This document shows positions 19,026-27,604 of a DNA stretch of 27,605 bases, one piece after another. How positions within the stretch are numbered: position 1 is the stretch's first letter; every line of letters starts with the position of its first letter. Below the pieces are notes generated by a model. It did not search any database. It worked only from the letters and a program-made list of their open reading frames with translations, and was not told the origin of the DNA. The translations under genes were made by a program, and so were the position numbers. Location: positions 1 through 27,605 of the forward strand of contig BTVJ01000096.1 in the NCBI GenBank assembly GCA_045863395.1, given 5' to 3'. The DNA is from Myxococcales bacterium. Its GTDB lineage: Bacteria > Myxococcota_A > UBA9042 > JABWCM01 > BTVJ01.

Positions 19026-21071
19026 ATGACGCACCGAACGCCAGCGCCCGTCGAAGAAGAGCAGCGCACCCTGCGCGCCGTCCAGGCTGCGATCCGAGGC
19101 GTTGGCCGCGCCCGGGCCCACGAGAGCTACGACGAGGAGCTGGTCCGGCTCCGCGACGCGATCACCGAGGAGCGCCTCGAAGAGGACCGCGCGAGCCTCC
19201 TGGAGCAGATGGACCGCCTGGCGAGCCTGGCGGCCCAGCGCGCCCAGTACAGCGAGAGCTCGGCGGATCCCGCGAGCCCGTACTTCGGCCACCTGCGCCT
19301 GCTGACCGAGGAGGGGGAGCGGCGCGACGTGCTCATCGGCATGGCGACATTCATCTCGGGGGGCGTCCGGGTGGTCGACTGGCGCAACGCGCCGGTGGCG
19401 CGCCTGTTCTACCAGCACCGGGAGGGCGACGACTACGCCATCAACATCGCCGGCCGCGACGTGGAGGGCGAGGTGCAGGTGCGCCGCATGGTCACCATCC
19501 GCGGCGGCGAGCTCCAGCGCCTGTCCAGCGGGGAGGGGACCTGGGCGCGGGCGGGCGACGAGTGGGTGGACCTGAGCGACCGCGCGCCTCACCTGCGGGG
19601 CGGGGAGGGGACCTCCGCGCTGCCTGAGCGGACGACCCCCGTGCTCGGGGTCGGCGCGAGGGGGCGCCTCGACCGCCACCTCCCCGAGATCGCCGGGCTC
19701 CTGGACCGGGAGCAGTACGAGCTGATCACCCGCGCCGACTCGGGGCTCATCGCCATCCAGGGGAGCGCGGGCTCGGGAAAGACCACGGTGGCGCTGCACC
19801 GGGTCGCGTGGCTCGCGTGGAAGGACCGGCGCTACGCCTCCTCCCGCACCCTCATCGTGGTCTTCTCGCTCGCACTGGCGCGCTACATCTCCCAGGTGCT
19901 CCCGGCCCTCGGGGTCCACGGCGTGGTCGTGCGCACCTACCAGGACTGGGTGCGGGAGCAGCGCCGCGCCCACTTCCCGGGCCTCGTCGATGCGGTGAGC
20001 GACCAGACCCCAGGCGTGGTCAGCCGCCTCAAGCAACACCGCTGCCTGCTGCCCATGCTGGAGGAGGCGGCGACTGCAAGCCGTGGCGCGGCCCCCGCGG
20101 CGCTCTTCGACGAGCTGTTCACGAGCCGCGTGTGGCTGCGGGAGGGCACGGCGCGCCACGCCCCCGGCGCCTTCAGCGACGGCCAGGTGGACGAGATCCA
20201 CCGCTGGTGTACGCGCCAGCACTGGACCCGCGTGGACGGCGGCCACACGGAAGAGGACGCCCCCTGCTACGACGAGGAGGACGACACCATCCTCCTGCGC
20301 CTCCACCAGCTCCTGGTGGGCCCGCTGCGCTACGACCGCAAGGTCCCGCTGCGCTACAAGCACCTGGTGGTCGACGAGGCCCAGGACCTGTGCCCCTTGG
20401 AGCTGTCGCTGCTCCTCTCTACCGTCGATGCGGGCGCTCCCGTGACCCTCGCCGGCGATACGGCCCAGCAGGTGATGGAGGACAACGACTTCTCCGACTG
20501 GCGCGCGGTCCTCGACCTGTTGGAGCAGCAGCACGTGCATGTGTCGCCGCTGCGGGTGAGCTACCGCTCGACGCGCCCGATCATGGAGCTCGCCCGCGCC
20601 GTGCTCGGCCCCCTGGCGCCGGACGAGCCCATCGAAGCGCCTCGGGAGGGCGTCCCCCCGGAGCTGTTCGTCTTCGGCAACCGGGGTGCCGCCGTCGCCT
20701 TCCTGGCGGACGCCCTGCGCGATCTCGTCGACGCCGAGCCGCTGGCCAACATCGCGCTCCTGACCCGCCACACCCACCAGGCCGAGGCGCTCCATGAGGC
20801 CCTCGGCCGCGCCGACCTGCCCTCGCTGCGCCTCGTGACCGACCAGGACTTCAGCTTCGCGCCGGGCATCGAGGTGACCGACATCCGCCAGGCCAAGGGC
20901 CTGGAGTTCGACTACGTGGTCGTCATGGACGTGGACGCGGCGACCTGGCCCGTGCGTGACGCCTCGCGCCACCTGCTGCACGTGGCCATCACCCGCGCGG
21001 CCCACCAGGTGTGGCTGGTCTCGGTGGGGCCCCCGTCCTTGATCCTTCCAGCGAGCCTCACCCCGCGCTGA
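19026..21071 (+). CDS. helD: HelD-like (RNA polymerase recycling-type) UvrD/SF1 ATPase
   Basis: HelD-typical N-terminal motifs SPYFG and DWRNAPVARLFY; EQYELI; Walker A QGSAGSGKTTVALHRVAWL; VVDEAQD; AGDTAQ; SYRST; AKGLEFD; LHVAITRA. Confidence 0.75.
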   Translation: MTHRTPAPVEEEQRTLRAVQAAIRGVGRARAHESYDEELVRLRDAITEERLEEDRASLLEQMDRLASLAAQRAQYSESSADPASPYFGHLRLLTEEGERRDVLIGMATFISGGVRVVDWRNAPVARLFYQHREGDDYAINIAGRDVEGEVQVRRMVTIRGGELQRLSSGEGTWARAGDEWVDLSDRAPHLRGGEGTSALPERTTPVLGVGARGRLDRHLPEIAGLLDREQYELITRADSGLIAIQGSAGSGKTTVALHRVAWLAWKDRRYASSRTLIVVFSLALARYISQVLPALGVHGVVVRTYQDWVREQRRAHFPGLVDAVSDQTPGVVSRLKQHRCLLPMLEEAATASRGAAPAALFDELFTSRVWLREGTARHAPGAFSDGQVDEIHRWCTRQHWTRVDGGHTEEDAPCYDEEDDTILLRLHQLLVGPLRYDRKVPLRYKHLVVDEAQDLCPLELSLLLSTVDAGAPVTLAGDTAQQVMEDNDFSDWRAVLDLLEQQHVHVSPLRVSYRSTRPIMELARAVLGPLAPDEPIEAPREGVPPELFVFGNRGAAVAFLADALRDLVDAEPLANIALLTRHTHQAEALHEALGRADLPSLRLVTDQDFSFAPGIEVTDIRQAKGLEFDYVVVMDVDAATWPVRDASRHLLHVAITRAAHQVWLVSVGPPSLILPASLTPR

Positions 21072-21103
21072 TCCCGCATTTATTCGCCACGCCCGCCGGT
21101 GCG

Positions 21104-21133
21104 TGCTATAGAGCGCCAAGGCAAAACGCGGAG
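21104..21133 (+). promoter_or_regulatory. Extended -10 candidate and RBS for the oxidoreductase-like gene
   Basis: TGcTATAGA at 21104-21112; GGAG at 21130-21133, 6 nt before GTG 21140. Confidence 0.4.
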
Positions 21134-21139
21134 TTGCAC

Positions 21140-22648
21140 GTGCTGACGGGCTCCACCAGCTTCTACGACATCGTGATCGCGGGCACGGACCTGAGCGGCC
21201 TCATCGTGGGCGCCCTGTGCGCCAAGCGCGGCTACCGGGTGCTGGTGCTCGGCCAGGGCTCCCGCCCCAGCGGCTACCGCTACCAGGGCCACACGTTCCA
21301 GCGCCGCGCCCAGCTCTTCACGGGCTTCGACACGTCGCCGGTGCTCAAGCAGATCTTCGGCGAGCTGTCCCTCACCCTGGAGATGCGCAACCGCCCCAAG
21401 GCCTTCGACCCCTTCTACCAGGTGGTCCTGCCCGAGGCGCGCATCGACGTGACGCGACCCGGCGAGCGCTTCGATCGGGAGCTCGCCCGGGAGTTCCCCG
21501 ACGAGTCCGTGCCCATCCAGGGCTTCTACAAGGCGGTCTTCGCCATCAGCGAGGCGATCTCGGCGATCCTCGCCCGGAACCCGCCGCTGCCGCCCAACGG
21601 CTGGGCAGAGAAGCGTGAGATCCAGCGCCTGACCCAGGATCTGCCGAACCTGATCGACGGCGCGGTGCCCCTCAATCCGCTGGACGCCTTCCCACGCGCT
21701 CACCCCTTCCGCGCCTTCGTGGCGGGGCCGGCGACCATGACCAGCGGCCTGGACATCGAGGACGGCCCCACGCTGCCGCTGGCGCGCTGCATCGCCCACC
21801 TGGCCGGGGGCGTCAACCACATCGAGGGGGGGATGGATGGGCTCAAGCGCCTGTTCATCCAGAAGATCAAGCAGAACGCCAGCGACTACCGGCCGGAGAT
21901 CTCGTTCGACGCGCTGGCGGTCAAGCGGGGCAAGATGGTCGCGGGCCGAGTGCGGGACCGCCAGGAGATCATCGGGTTCCACCTGCTGATCTGCAACTCG
22001 CCCCTCAAGCGCTTCTTCCACCTGGTCCCGGCCGAGGCCCAGTCAGAGCGCTACCACCACCGCATCCACACGCTCCAGCCGAGCCACTACGTCTTCACGA
22101 TCAACCTCGCGATGCACGCGGAGGGCATCCCGGAGGCCATGGCCCGCAACGTGTTCCTGGTGCAGGACCCGAAGATGCCGCTCGACGGCGACAACCTCGT
22201 CCAGATCGCCCTGGATCCTGGCAAGGCCGAGCGCACGCCTCCTGGAGAGGTGGCCATCGTCACGGCCTCTTGCCGGCTCCCTGCGCAGAACTTCCGCCCC
22301 CACGTCGACCACGTGCAGCGCCTGGGCGACTGGCTCCTGGAGCGCCTGCGCTCGACCCTGTTCCCGTTCCTGGACGAGCACCTGGTGGCGGTTCACGCAC
22401 CGTGGAAGGGGTTCGATCCGCTGACGGGGCAGGCCCGCTTCGAGGCGGGGGAGGTGCTCCCCATCTATCGGGGAGCCATGGAGGCGACCCTGGACGCGAG
22501 CGTCCTGGCCGTCGAGAGCGACTACAAGAACATCCTGGTGTGCGGCGACCACGTCTTCAGCGGCTTCGGCTTCGAGGGGGCTTTCCTGGCTGCGCAGAAC
22601 GCCTACCGCAAGGTCACCGAGCGCATCGTCCTCAAGCCGATGCTCTAG
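21140..22648 (+). CDS. Phytoene-desaturase-like FAD/NAD(P)-dependent oxidoreductase-fold protein
   Basis: N-terminal Rossmann-like YDIVIAGTDLSGL...GYRVLVL; central IEGGM; C-terminal NILVCGDHVFSGFGFEGA. Confidence 0.75.
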   Translation: MLTGSTSFYDIVIAGTDLSGLIVGALCAKRGYRVLVLGQGSRPSGYRYQGHTFQRRAQLFTGFDTSPVLKQIFGELSLTLEMRNRPKAFDPFYQVVLPEARIDVTRPGERFDRELAREFPDESVPIQGFYKAVFAISEAISAILARNPPLPPNGWAEKREIQRLTQDLPNLIDGAVPLNPLDAFPRAHPFRAFVAGPATMTSGLDIEDGPTLPLARCIAHLAGGVNHIEGGMDGLKRLFIQKIKQNASDYRPEISFDALAVKRGKMVAGRVRDRQEIIGFHLLICNSPLKRFFHLVPAEAQSERYHHRIHTLQPSHYVFTINLAMHAEGIPEAMARNVFLVQDPKMPLDGDNLVQIALDPGKAERTPPGEVAIVTASCRLPAQNFRPHVDHVQRLGDWLLERLRSTLFPFLDEHLVAVHAPWKGFDPLTGQARFEAGEVLPIYRGAMEATLDASVLAVESDYKNILVCGDHVFSGFGFEGAFLAAQNAYRKVTERIVLKPML

Positions 22649-24374
22649 GGCGGTCGCCGCGGGTGTCTGCCCGCCGCACCAACAGCTCGCGCTGGAGGCG
22701 GAAGACCTCTCGGTGGATGCGGTCGTGGACCGACTCACCGACGTTGAAGAAGCGCACGCCACACAGCCAGCCGTCCTGCGCGTCCGGGCCCTGCTGCCGC
22801 ACGATGCGCGCGTCCACGTCGACGGGCGTGCCGCACAGGTCGAGGGTCAGGCGCACCTCGTCGCCGACGGTGAGCTCCTCGTCGGACAGGAGCCTGCACC
22901 CCCCGTCCGACAGGTCCGCGACGCCGACGGCTTGCTCCCCCGGCAGCGCCTCGTAGCCGCGCCCCTCCGCGAACACCAGGCGCCGCATCGCCGCCCGGGC
23001 CTGGGCCGGCGCGCGGAAGTGGCCCCGCCGGTTGCTGAAGCCCACCTCGTCCGGGTACGACAGCTCCAGGATCAGGCCGCTCCCCTCACCGATGGAGCGC
23101 CGTACGCCGAGGACCTGCGCCATGAACCGGTAGACTCCCTCCGTCCGCCCCACCTCGACGGCGACCTCGGCCCCGGCCTCGAAGGTAGCGTCGGGCATGA
23201 CGCCGAGCACCACACCGAGCGCGTGGCCCAGGTCCACGACGCGCTCCCCCGCGCGGCTGAGCAGCTCGACCTCGCCCATGGACAGGCGGAGCGACGTCGC
23301 GTCCCCCAGCACCTGGCTGAGCGCCCCGTCCTCCTCGGGGACCTCCCGTGCGGCCGGTGACAGCGCCAGCAGCGGCAGCAGACGCCGGATGGTGCGGGCC
23401 CCGCCGAGCGGGTGGAGGGTGACGTCCGCCCCGTCGTAGGACAGCGCGATGTGGGACGGGTCGCTCGGAGTGAAGGTCCCGACGCCGTGGAGAGGGGCAA
23501 CGAAGGGCCGCGCGTCCGCCGTGGGTCCCCCGAGAGGGAGGAACATGGCGCGTTCGCTCGTGACGACCAGCCAGCCGCGGTCCGCGACCAGCTCCTCCGT
23601 CCACCGCGCGGCCGGGGCGCCGTGCTCGATGCGCTCGCCCAGGGCCCAGCCGACCACCTCGCGCCAGGGGGCGACGAAGGGCTCCGCGTCCGAGGCGAGC
23701 GGGAGCTCCCCGAAGGGCAGGCAGCCGAGGCCAAAGGTCTCCGGGCGCAGCAGCAATGGGACCAGCCGACGCACGTGCTCTGCGGGCTGTTCCACGGCGA
23801 AGACGTGGTCCCCGTCGTTGGTGGACAGCGTCAGGCGCTTCTCGGGCCACCCGATCGCGCCGACGCGGCGCACGTTCTCCAGCGCCAGGTCGAACGGGCG
23901 CGCGCCGACGAGCTCGTCGAGGCGGCTGTGGGCGCGGAAGTGGAGGCGACGGGTCGTGACCACCAGCTCACCCGGGTGGGCAAGGGGGCCACGCATGAGG
24001 AGTGAGTCGAAGGCGTCCAGGAGCTCCTCGGGCCCGGCCCCCCGCTCATCCCCGGGCCCGACCCCCGTGAGGAGCGCGGACAGGGCGCCATGCACCCGCG
24101 CGACGCGCTCGCCGGCGATGATGACGCAGTCCTCGCCCACGTCGAGGCGGAGGCGGTTGCGCAGCAGGCTCAGGGAGATGCGCCGGATGGCGCCGACGGG
24201 CACCTCCACGTGGTGTCCGCCGCCCGCGTCCAGGACGACGCGGTGATCCGTCAGCAGCAGCGTGCCGGGGGTCATGGTGCTCCCGCAGGCCGCGAAGCTC
24301 ACGGGCTCCGAGGTGACGAGGCGCTCGTAGCCGGCCATGCGCGCGAGGGTATCGCTGTCAGCCATCTTGCTCAT
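22632..24374 (-). CDS. Multi-domain protein with three PH/GRAM-like domains, a YcgR-N-like domain and a PilZ c-di-GMP-binding domain
   Basis: GTLLLTDHRVVL, GELVVTTRRLHF and GWLVVTSERAMF repeats; PilZ motifs RRGHFR (RxxxR) and DLSDGG (DxSxxG), GVRF; ATG at 24374 with GAGGT RBS. Confidence 0.8.
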   Translation of the reverse strand: MSKMADSDTLARMAGYERLVTSEPVSFAACGSTMTPGTLLLTDHRVVLDAGGGHHVEVPVGAIRRISLSLLRNRLRLDVGEDCVIIAGERVARVHGALSALLTGVGPGDERGAGPEELLDAFDSLLMRGPLAHPGELVVTTRRLHFRAHSRLDELVGARPFDLALENVRRVGAIGWPEKRLTLSTNDGDHVFAVEQPAEHVRRLVPLLLRPETFGLGCLPFGELPLASDAEPFVAPWREVVGWALGERIEHGAPAARWTEELVADRGWLVVTSERAMFLPLGGPTADARPFVAPLHGVGTFTPSDPSHIALSYDGADVTLHPLGGARTIRRLLPLLALSPAAREVPEEDGALSQVLGDATSLRLSMGEVELLSRAGERVVDLGHALGVVLGVMPDATFEAGAEVAVEVGRTEGVYRFMAQVLGVRRSIGEGSGLILELSYPDEVGFSNRRGHFRAPAQARAAMRRLVFAEGRGYEALPGEQAVGVADLSDGGCRLLSDEELTVGDEVRLTLDLCGTPVDVDARIVRQQGPDAQDGWLCGVRFFNVGESVHDRIHREVFRLQRELLVRRADTRGDRPRASA

Positions 24375-24401
24375 TCCGTGACCTCGGGGTCTCATGTGTG
24401 G

Positions 24402-24417
24402 TGCAAACGGGGAGCCG
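24402..24417 (-). promoter_or_regulatory. Possible sigma54 (-24/-12) promoter for the PH-PilZ gene
   Basis: Minus strand CGGCTCCCCGTTTGCA = GG-N10-GC with TTGCA; predicted start ~24391, just upstream of the RBS. Confidence 0.35.
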
Positions 24418-24610
24418 GTCTAGCCTGCCGGCGGCGCTGAGAGGCGCCAACGCCGCCAACTAACAAGTTTCGTACCAAGATGTCAACATCGGGTTACACA
24501 ACGAAGTCGATTGTGTCCCGTCCCTCGGAATGGCGTGGCATGACCCGGGACATGCCCCGCATGTCTCGTGGCCTCCCATGGGCTTGTGTCAGGCGGGAAC
24601 GTACACTAGA

Positions 24611-26017
24611 GTGCCCGTCGTGGCTGGCCGCGCGCTCACCCTGATTTCCGCCGTTGTGTTCGTGCTCGCCCCGGGGGCGGCGGGAGCGCAGGACGCCGTG
24701 GACCGCCCCCCGGGGCCACCGCCCGCCGTCTTCACCCTCGCCCAGGCGGTCGAGCACGCCCTGCGCCACAACCCGGCGGTCGTGGCCGCGGACGCGGACA
24801 TCGACGTCTACGAGGCCAAGCTCCTGCAGGCCGTGACGGCCTACGTCCCTCGCTTCAAGCTCAAGTCCCTGCTGACGGCCATGCCCGCCGCCCGGGGCGA
24901 TGCCTTCAACGGCTACGTGGACACCGACGAGTGGGGACCCTTCGTGCGCATCGAGCTGACGGGGGGGATGCCGATCTACACCTTTGGCAAGCTCGAGGCT
25001 CTGCGCCGCCTGGCCAACGCCGGGGTGGACGTGTCCCGCGGCAAGCGGCGCGTCGCCGTGGAGGAGCTCACGTTCCTGACGCGCCGCGCCTTCTGGGGGT
25101 GGCAGTACACGCGGGAGCTGCGCGACATCATCGCAGAGGGCAAGACCTACCTGGACAAGGCGAAGCGGCACCTGGAGGAGCAGGAGGCGCGCGACGACCC
25201 CGAGTACGACCAGATCGACATGCTCAAGGCGAAGGTCTACGAGGGGGACATCCGCGCCCGCGAGCTGGAGCTGGACCGGGCCGCCTTCATGGCCCACGAG
25301 GGAATGCGGGTCATCCTGGGGCTCTCGCAGGACGCGCGCTTCCGGATCGCGGATGAGCCGCTGGAGCCCGTCGCCATCGAGATCCAGCCCGTCGAGCGCT
25401 ACGTGGACATCGCGGACCGCATGCGGCCGGAGCTCGAGGCGGCGCGTGCCGCGGTCATGGCGGCCGAGCACAACTCCGACTTGAAGTTCGCCGGGTTCTG
25501 GCCAAGCCTCGGCATCGTGGGGAGCTACACGTTCTCCTACTCCGGGGTGGCCGACGACCAGCGAAGCCCGTTCAGCATCGATCCCTACAATGGCAACGGC
25601 GGCGGCGCGGCCCTGGGCCTCGAATGGGAGCTGGACATCGCGCAGAAAATCGGGGAGTACAACGAGGCGACCGCCGGCTGGGTCAAGGCGCGCAACGAGG
25701 TGGAGCTGGCGCGGCAGAAGCTGCTCCTGGACGTGAAGGAGACCTGGCACGACCTCAAGCGGCACGCGGAGCTCATCGACGTCAACGCCCGGGCCATGCG
25801 AGCGGCCCGCGGGTGGCTCATCGCCAAGAGCGACCTGTACGACGCGGGCTTCGCGACCATGCAGGACGTGGTGGACTCCCTCCTCGAGTACTACAAGCGC
25901 AAGATGGGGCACCTGGAGGCCATCCACAACTTCAACCTGGCGGTGGCCCAGCTCAGCCGGCAGGTCGGTGTGGACGTGACCACGCTGGCCCGCGAGGAGC
26001 CGTCGCCCGCTGAATGA
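24611..26017 (+). CDS. TolC-family outer membrane protein
   Basis: Signal peptide ending AAGA-Q; FTLAQAVEHAL..NP; two repeated halves (VPRFKL / WPSLGI, PIYTFG / WELDI); RPELEAA; C-terminal FNLAVAQLSRQVG; exact start uncertain (24611 or 24620). Confidence 0.88.
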   Translation: MPVVAGRALTLISAVVFVLAPGAAGAQDAVDRPPGPPPAVFTLAQAVEHALRHNPAVVAADADIDVYEAKLLQAVTAYVPRFKLKSLLTAMPAARGDAFNGYVDTDEWGPFVRIELTGGMPIYTFGKLEALRRLANAGVDVSRGKRRVAVEELTFLTRRAFWGWQYTRELRDIIAEGKTYLDKAKRHLEEQEARDDPEYDQIDMLKAKVYEGDIRARELELDRAAFMAHEGMRVILGLSQDARFRIADEPLEPVAIEIQPVERYVDIADRMRPELEAARAAVMAAEHNSDLKFAGFWPSLGIVGSYTFSYSGVADDQRSPFSIDPYNGNGGGAALGLEWELDIAQKIGEYNEATAGWVKARNEVELARQKLLLDVKETWHDLKRHAELIDVNARAMRAARGWLIAKSDLYDAGFATMQDVVDSLLEYYKRKMGHLEAIHNFNLAVAQLSRQVGVDVTTLAREEPSPAE

Positions 26018-26109
26018 AGCGCCGGGCGGTCCCGTCGAGGAGCCCGCGCCCTGACGGGGCGCCTCGGCCCAGGAGCCCGAGTGGCTCAAGGACTTCAAGG
26101 AGGTCACCC

Positions 26110-26709
26110 ATGTGCAATATCAGAGTGTTCGCCCTCGCCCTCGCCCTCCTGCCAGCCGCTGCCCTCGCGGGCCCTGGCCCCAAGCAGCTCATCGAGGACA
26201 AGAACAAGGCCATCCACGAGGTCATCCAGGCGAGCCCCGACGACGCGGCGCTCCGTCCGAAGATCGTCGATCTGATGGAGACATTCGTGGACTATGGCGA
26301 GCTGGCGCGCCTGACCATCAAGGACCAGTGGGAGGCGCTGGCGCCCGAGAAGCGCACCGAGTTCGTCGACGCCTTCAAGCGGCTGATCCACCGCACCTAC
26401 ACACGGCGGTTCAAGGCAAACCAGGCGTTCCGCGTGGACTTCGCCGGCGAGCCGGTCATGCGGGAGGGCAAGGCCCAGGTCAAGACCACCATCCACTCGG
26501 GCAAGACCACCGCGGACGTGTACTACAGCATGTTCAAGCCGGACGGGAAGGACGACTGGTGGGTCTACGACCTCGTGATCGACGACGTGTCCCTCATGCG
26601 CAACTACCGCACCCAGTTCACCCGCGTCCTCAAGAAGGACGGCTTCGACAAGCTCCTCGAGCGCATCCGGGCCAAGGCCGAGTCCAACGACGAGGACGAC
26701 GACATCTAG
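26110..26709 (+). CDS. MlaC/Ttg2D/HpnM-family periplasmic lipid-binding protein
   Basis: AGGAGG RBS; signal peptide (LLPAAALA); FVDYGELAR...QW...EFVDAF; signature WVYDLVIDDVSLMRNYRTQF. Confidence 0.9.
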   Translation: MCNIRVFALALALLPAAALAGPGPKQLIEDKNKAIHEVIQASPDDAALRPKIVDLMETFVDYGELARLTIKDQWEALAPEKRTEFVDAFKRLIHRTYTRRFKANQAFRVDFAGEPVMREGKAQVKTTIHSGKTTADVYYSMFKPDGKDDWWVYDLVIDDVSLMRNYRTQFTRVLKKDGFDKLLERIRAKAESNDEDDDI

Positions 26710-26818
26710 GTCTCAGGTCGCACCCCTCAGCTCTCAGCACGAGGCGGGTCACCGGGCGCCCGTCGGCTGTCGTGGCCTGCCCAGGGGGTGCGCTGTCCCG
26801 CGCTGGCCGCTCGTCGCG

Positions 26819-27604
26819 CTACTTCCCGAGCTTCTTCTGCAGCGCCTTGATCTTTGCGCTCAGGGCCGCGTCGTCCGGCGTGATGGCGAACGCATCGACG
26901 TAGAGGTCGTGGCAGCCGGCCCACTGCTTCTGCTTGCAGAGGGCGTCCCCTTTGCCCAGGAGCTCATCCCGACGGTCGAGCAGCTCGCTGATCTTCGCCC
27001 GCGCTTGCTCGTAGAAGGCCGACTGCGGGGTGACGCCTCGCAGGGCACGCAGCGCCTCACCCGTGCGTCGCTCCTCGAGGTGCTTGCTCCCCTCCAGCCA
27101 CCGCTCCTCGGCTCGCGCCTCCAGCGCCGCCCGGTTGAGCATGGACTGCCACGTGGGGGAGAGGGGGTCCCGGTCCCGCAGGGTCTCGAAGATGACCCGC
27201 GCGTCCGCCCACTTGCGCTCACGCATGGCGGCCTCGCCCTGCTTCAGCAGGTCCAGCTCCGACGGCCCTCCGGCGGGAGGACTCGCCGTTGAGGGCGGGG
27301 CGGCGGGTGGCGGCTGGAGCGCCTTCTCCACCGCGGGGCCAGTGGCAGGCGCTGCGGCTGAGCCCGACGCAGGCCGAGGTGGGTCGTTCGCCGAACCCGA
27401 GGCAGGCACCCCCAGAGCAGGGGCGGACACCGCGGCCGCCGTGGGCGCTGGCTTCGCCTCGGCGGCTGGCGAGGTCCGACTCGCCGCGACTCCGACCGTG
27501 GCCGCCGCCTCCTTGGCGGCAACGTTCGTCGCCAGCGCCGCCTCCGCGGTCGCCTCCGCGGTCGCCTCCGCGGTCGCCTCCGCGGTCGCCTCCGCGGTCG
27601 CCTC
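26819..27604 (-). CDS. 5'-truncated protein: Ala/Pro-rich linker followed by a TPR-like helical C-terminus
   Basis: Frame open from the window edge (EATA repeats, then AALATNVAAKEAAA...PPPAAPPS) to the stop at 26819; TPR-like LLKQGEAAMRERKWADAR and LLGKGDALCKQKQWAGC. Confidence 0.75.
   Translation of the reverse strand, partial: EATAEATAEATAEATAEATAEAALATNVAAKEAAATVGVAASRTSPAAEAKPAPTAAAVSAPALGVPASGSANDPPRPASGSAAAPATGPAVEKALQPPPAAPPSTASPPAGGPSELDLLKQGEAAMRERKWADARVIFETLRDRDPLSPTWQSMLNRAALEARAEERWLEGSKHLEERRTGEALRALRGVTPQSAFYEQARAKISELLDRRDELLGKGDALCKQKQWAGCHDLYVDAFAITPDDAALSAKIKALQKKLGK

Noticed and set aside
13189..22648. Actinobacterial-type rifamycin-resistance cluster (HelR, glycosyltransferase, monooxygenase, efflux)
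   Set aside because: The glycosyltransferase is GT4 rather than GT1/Rgt, the flavoprotein is not Rox-like, no RAE-like palindrome was recognised upstream of helD, and the genes have separate promoter candidates
26046..26062. GCGCCC-TGACG-GGGCGC hairpin between tolC and mlaC as a terminator
   Set aside because: Short stem with no U-tract; at most an mRNA-stabilising hairpin
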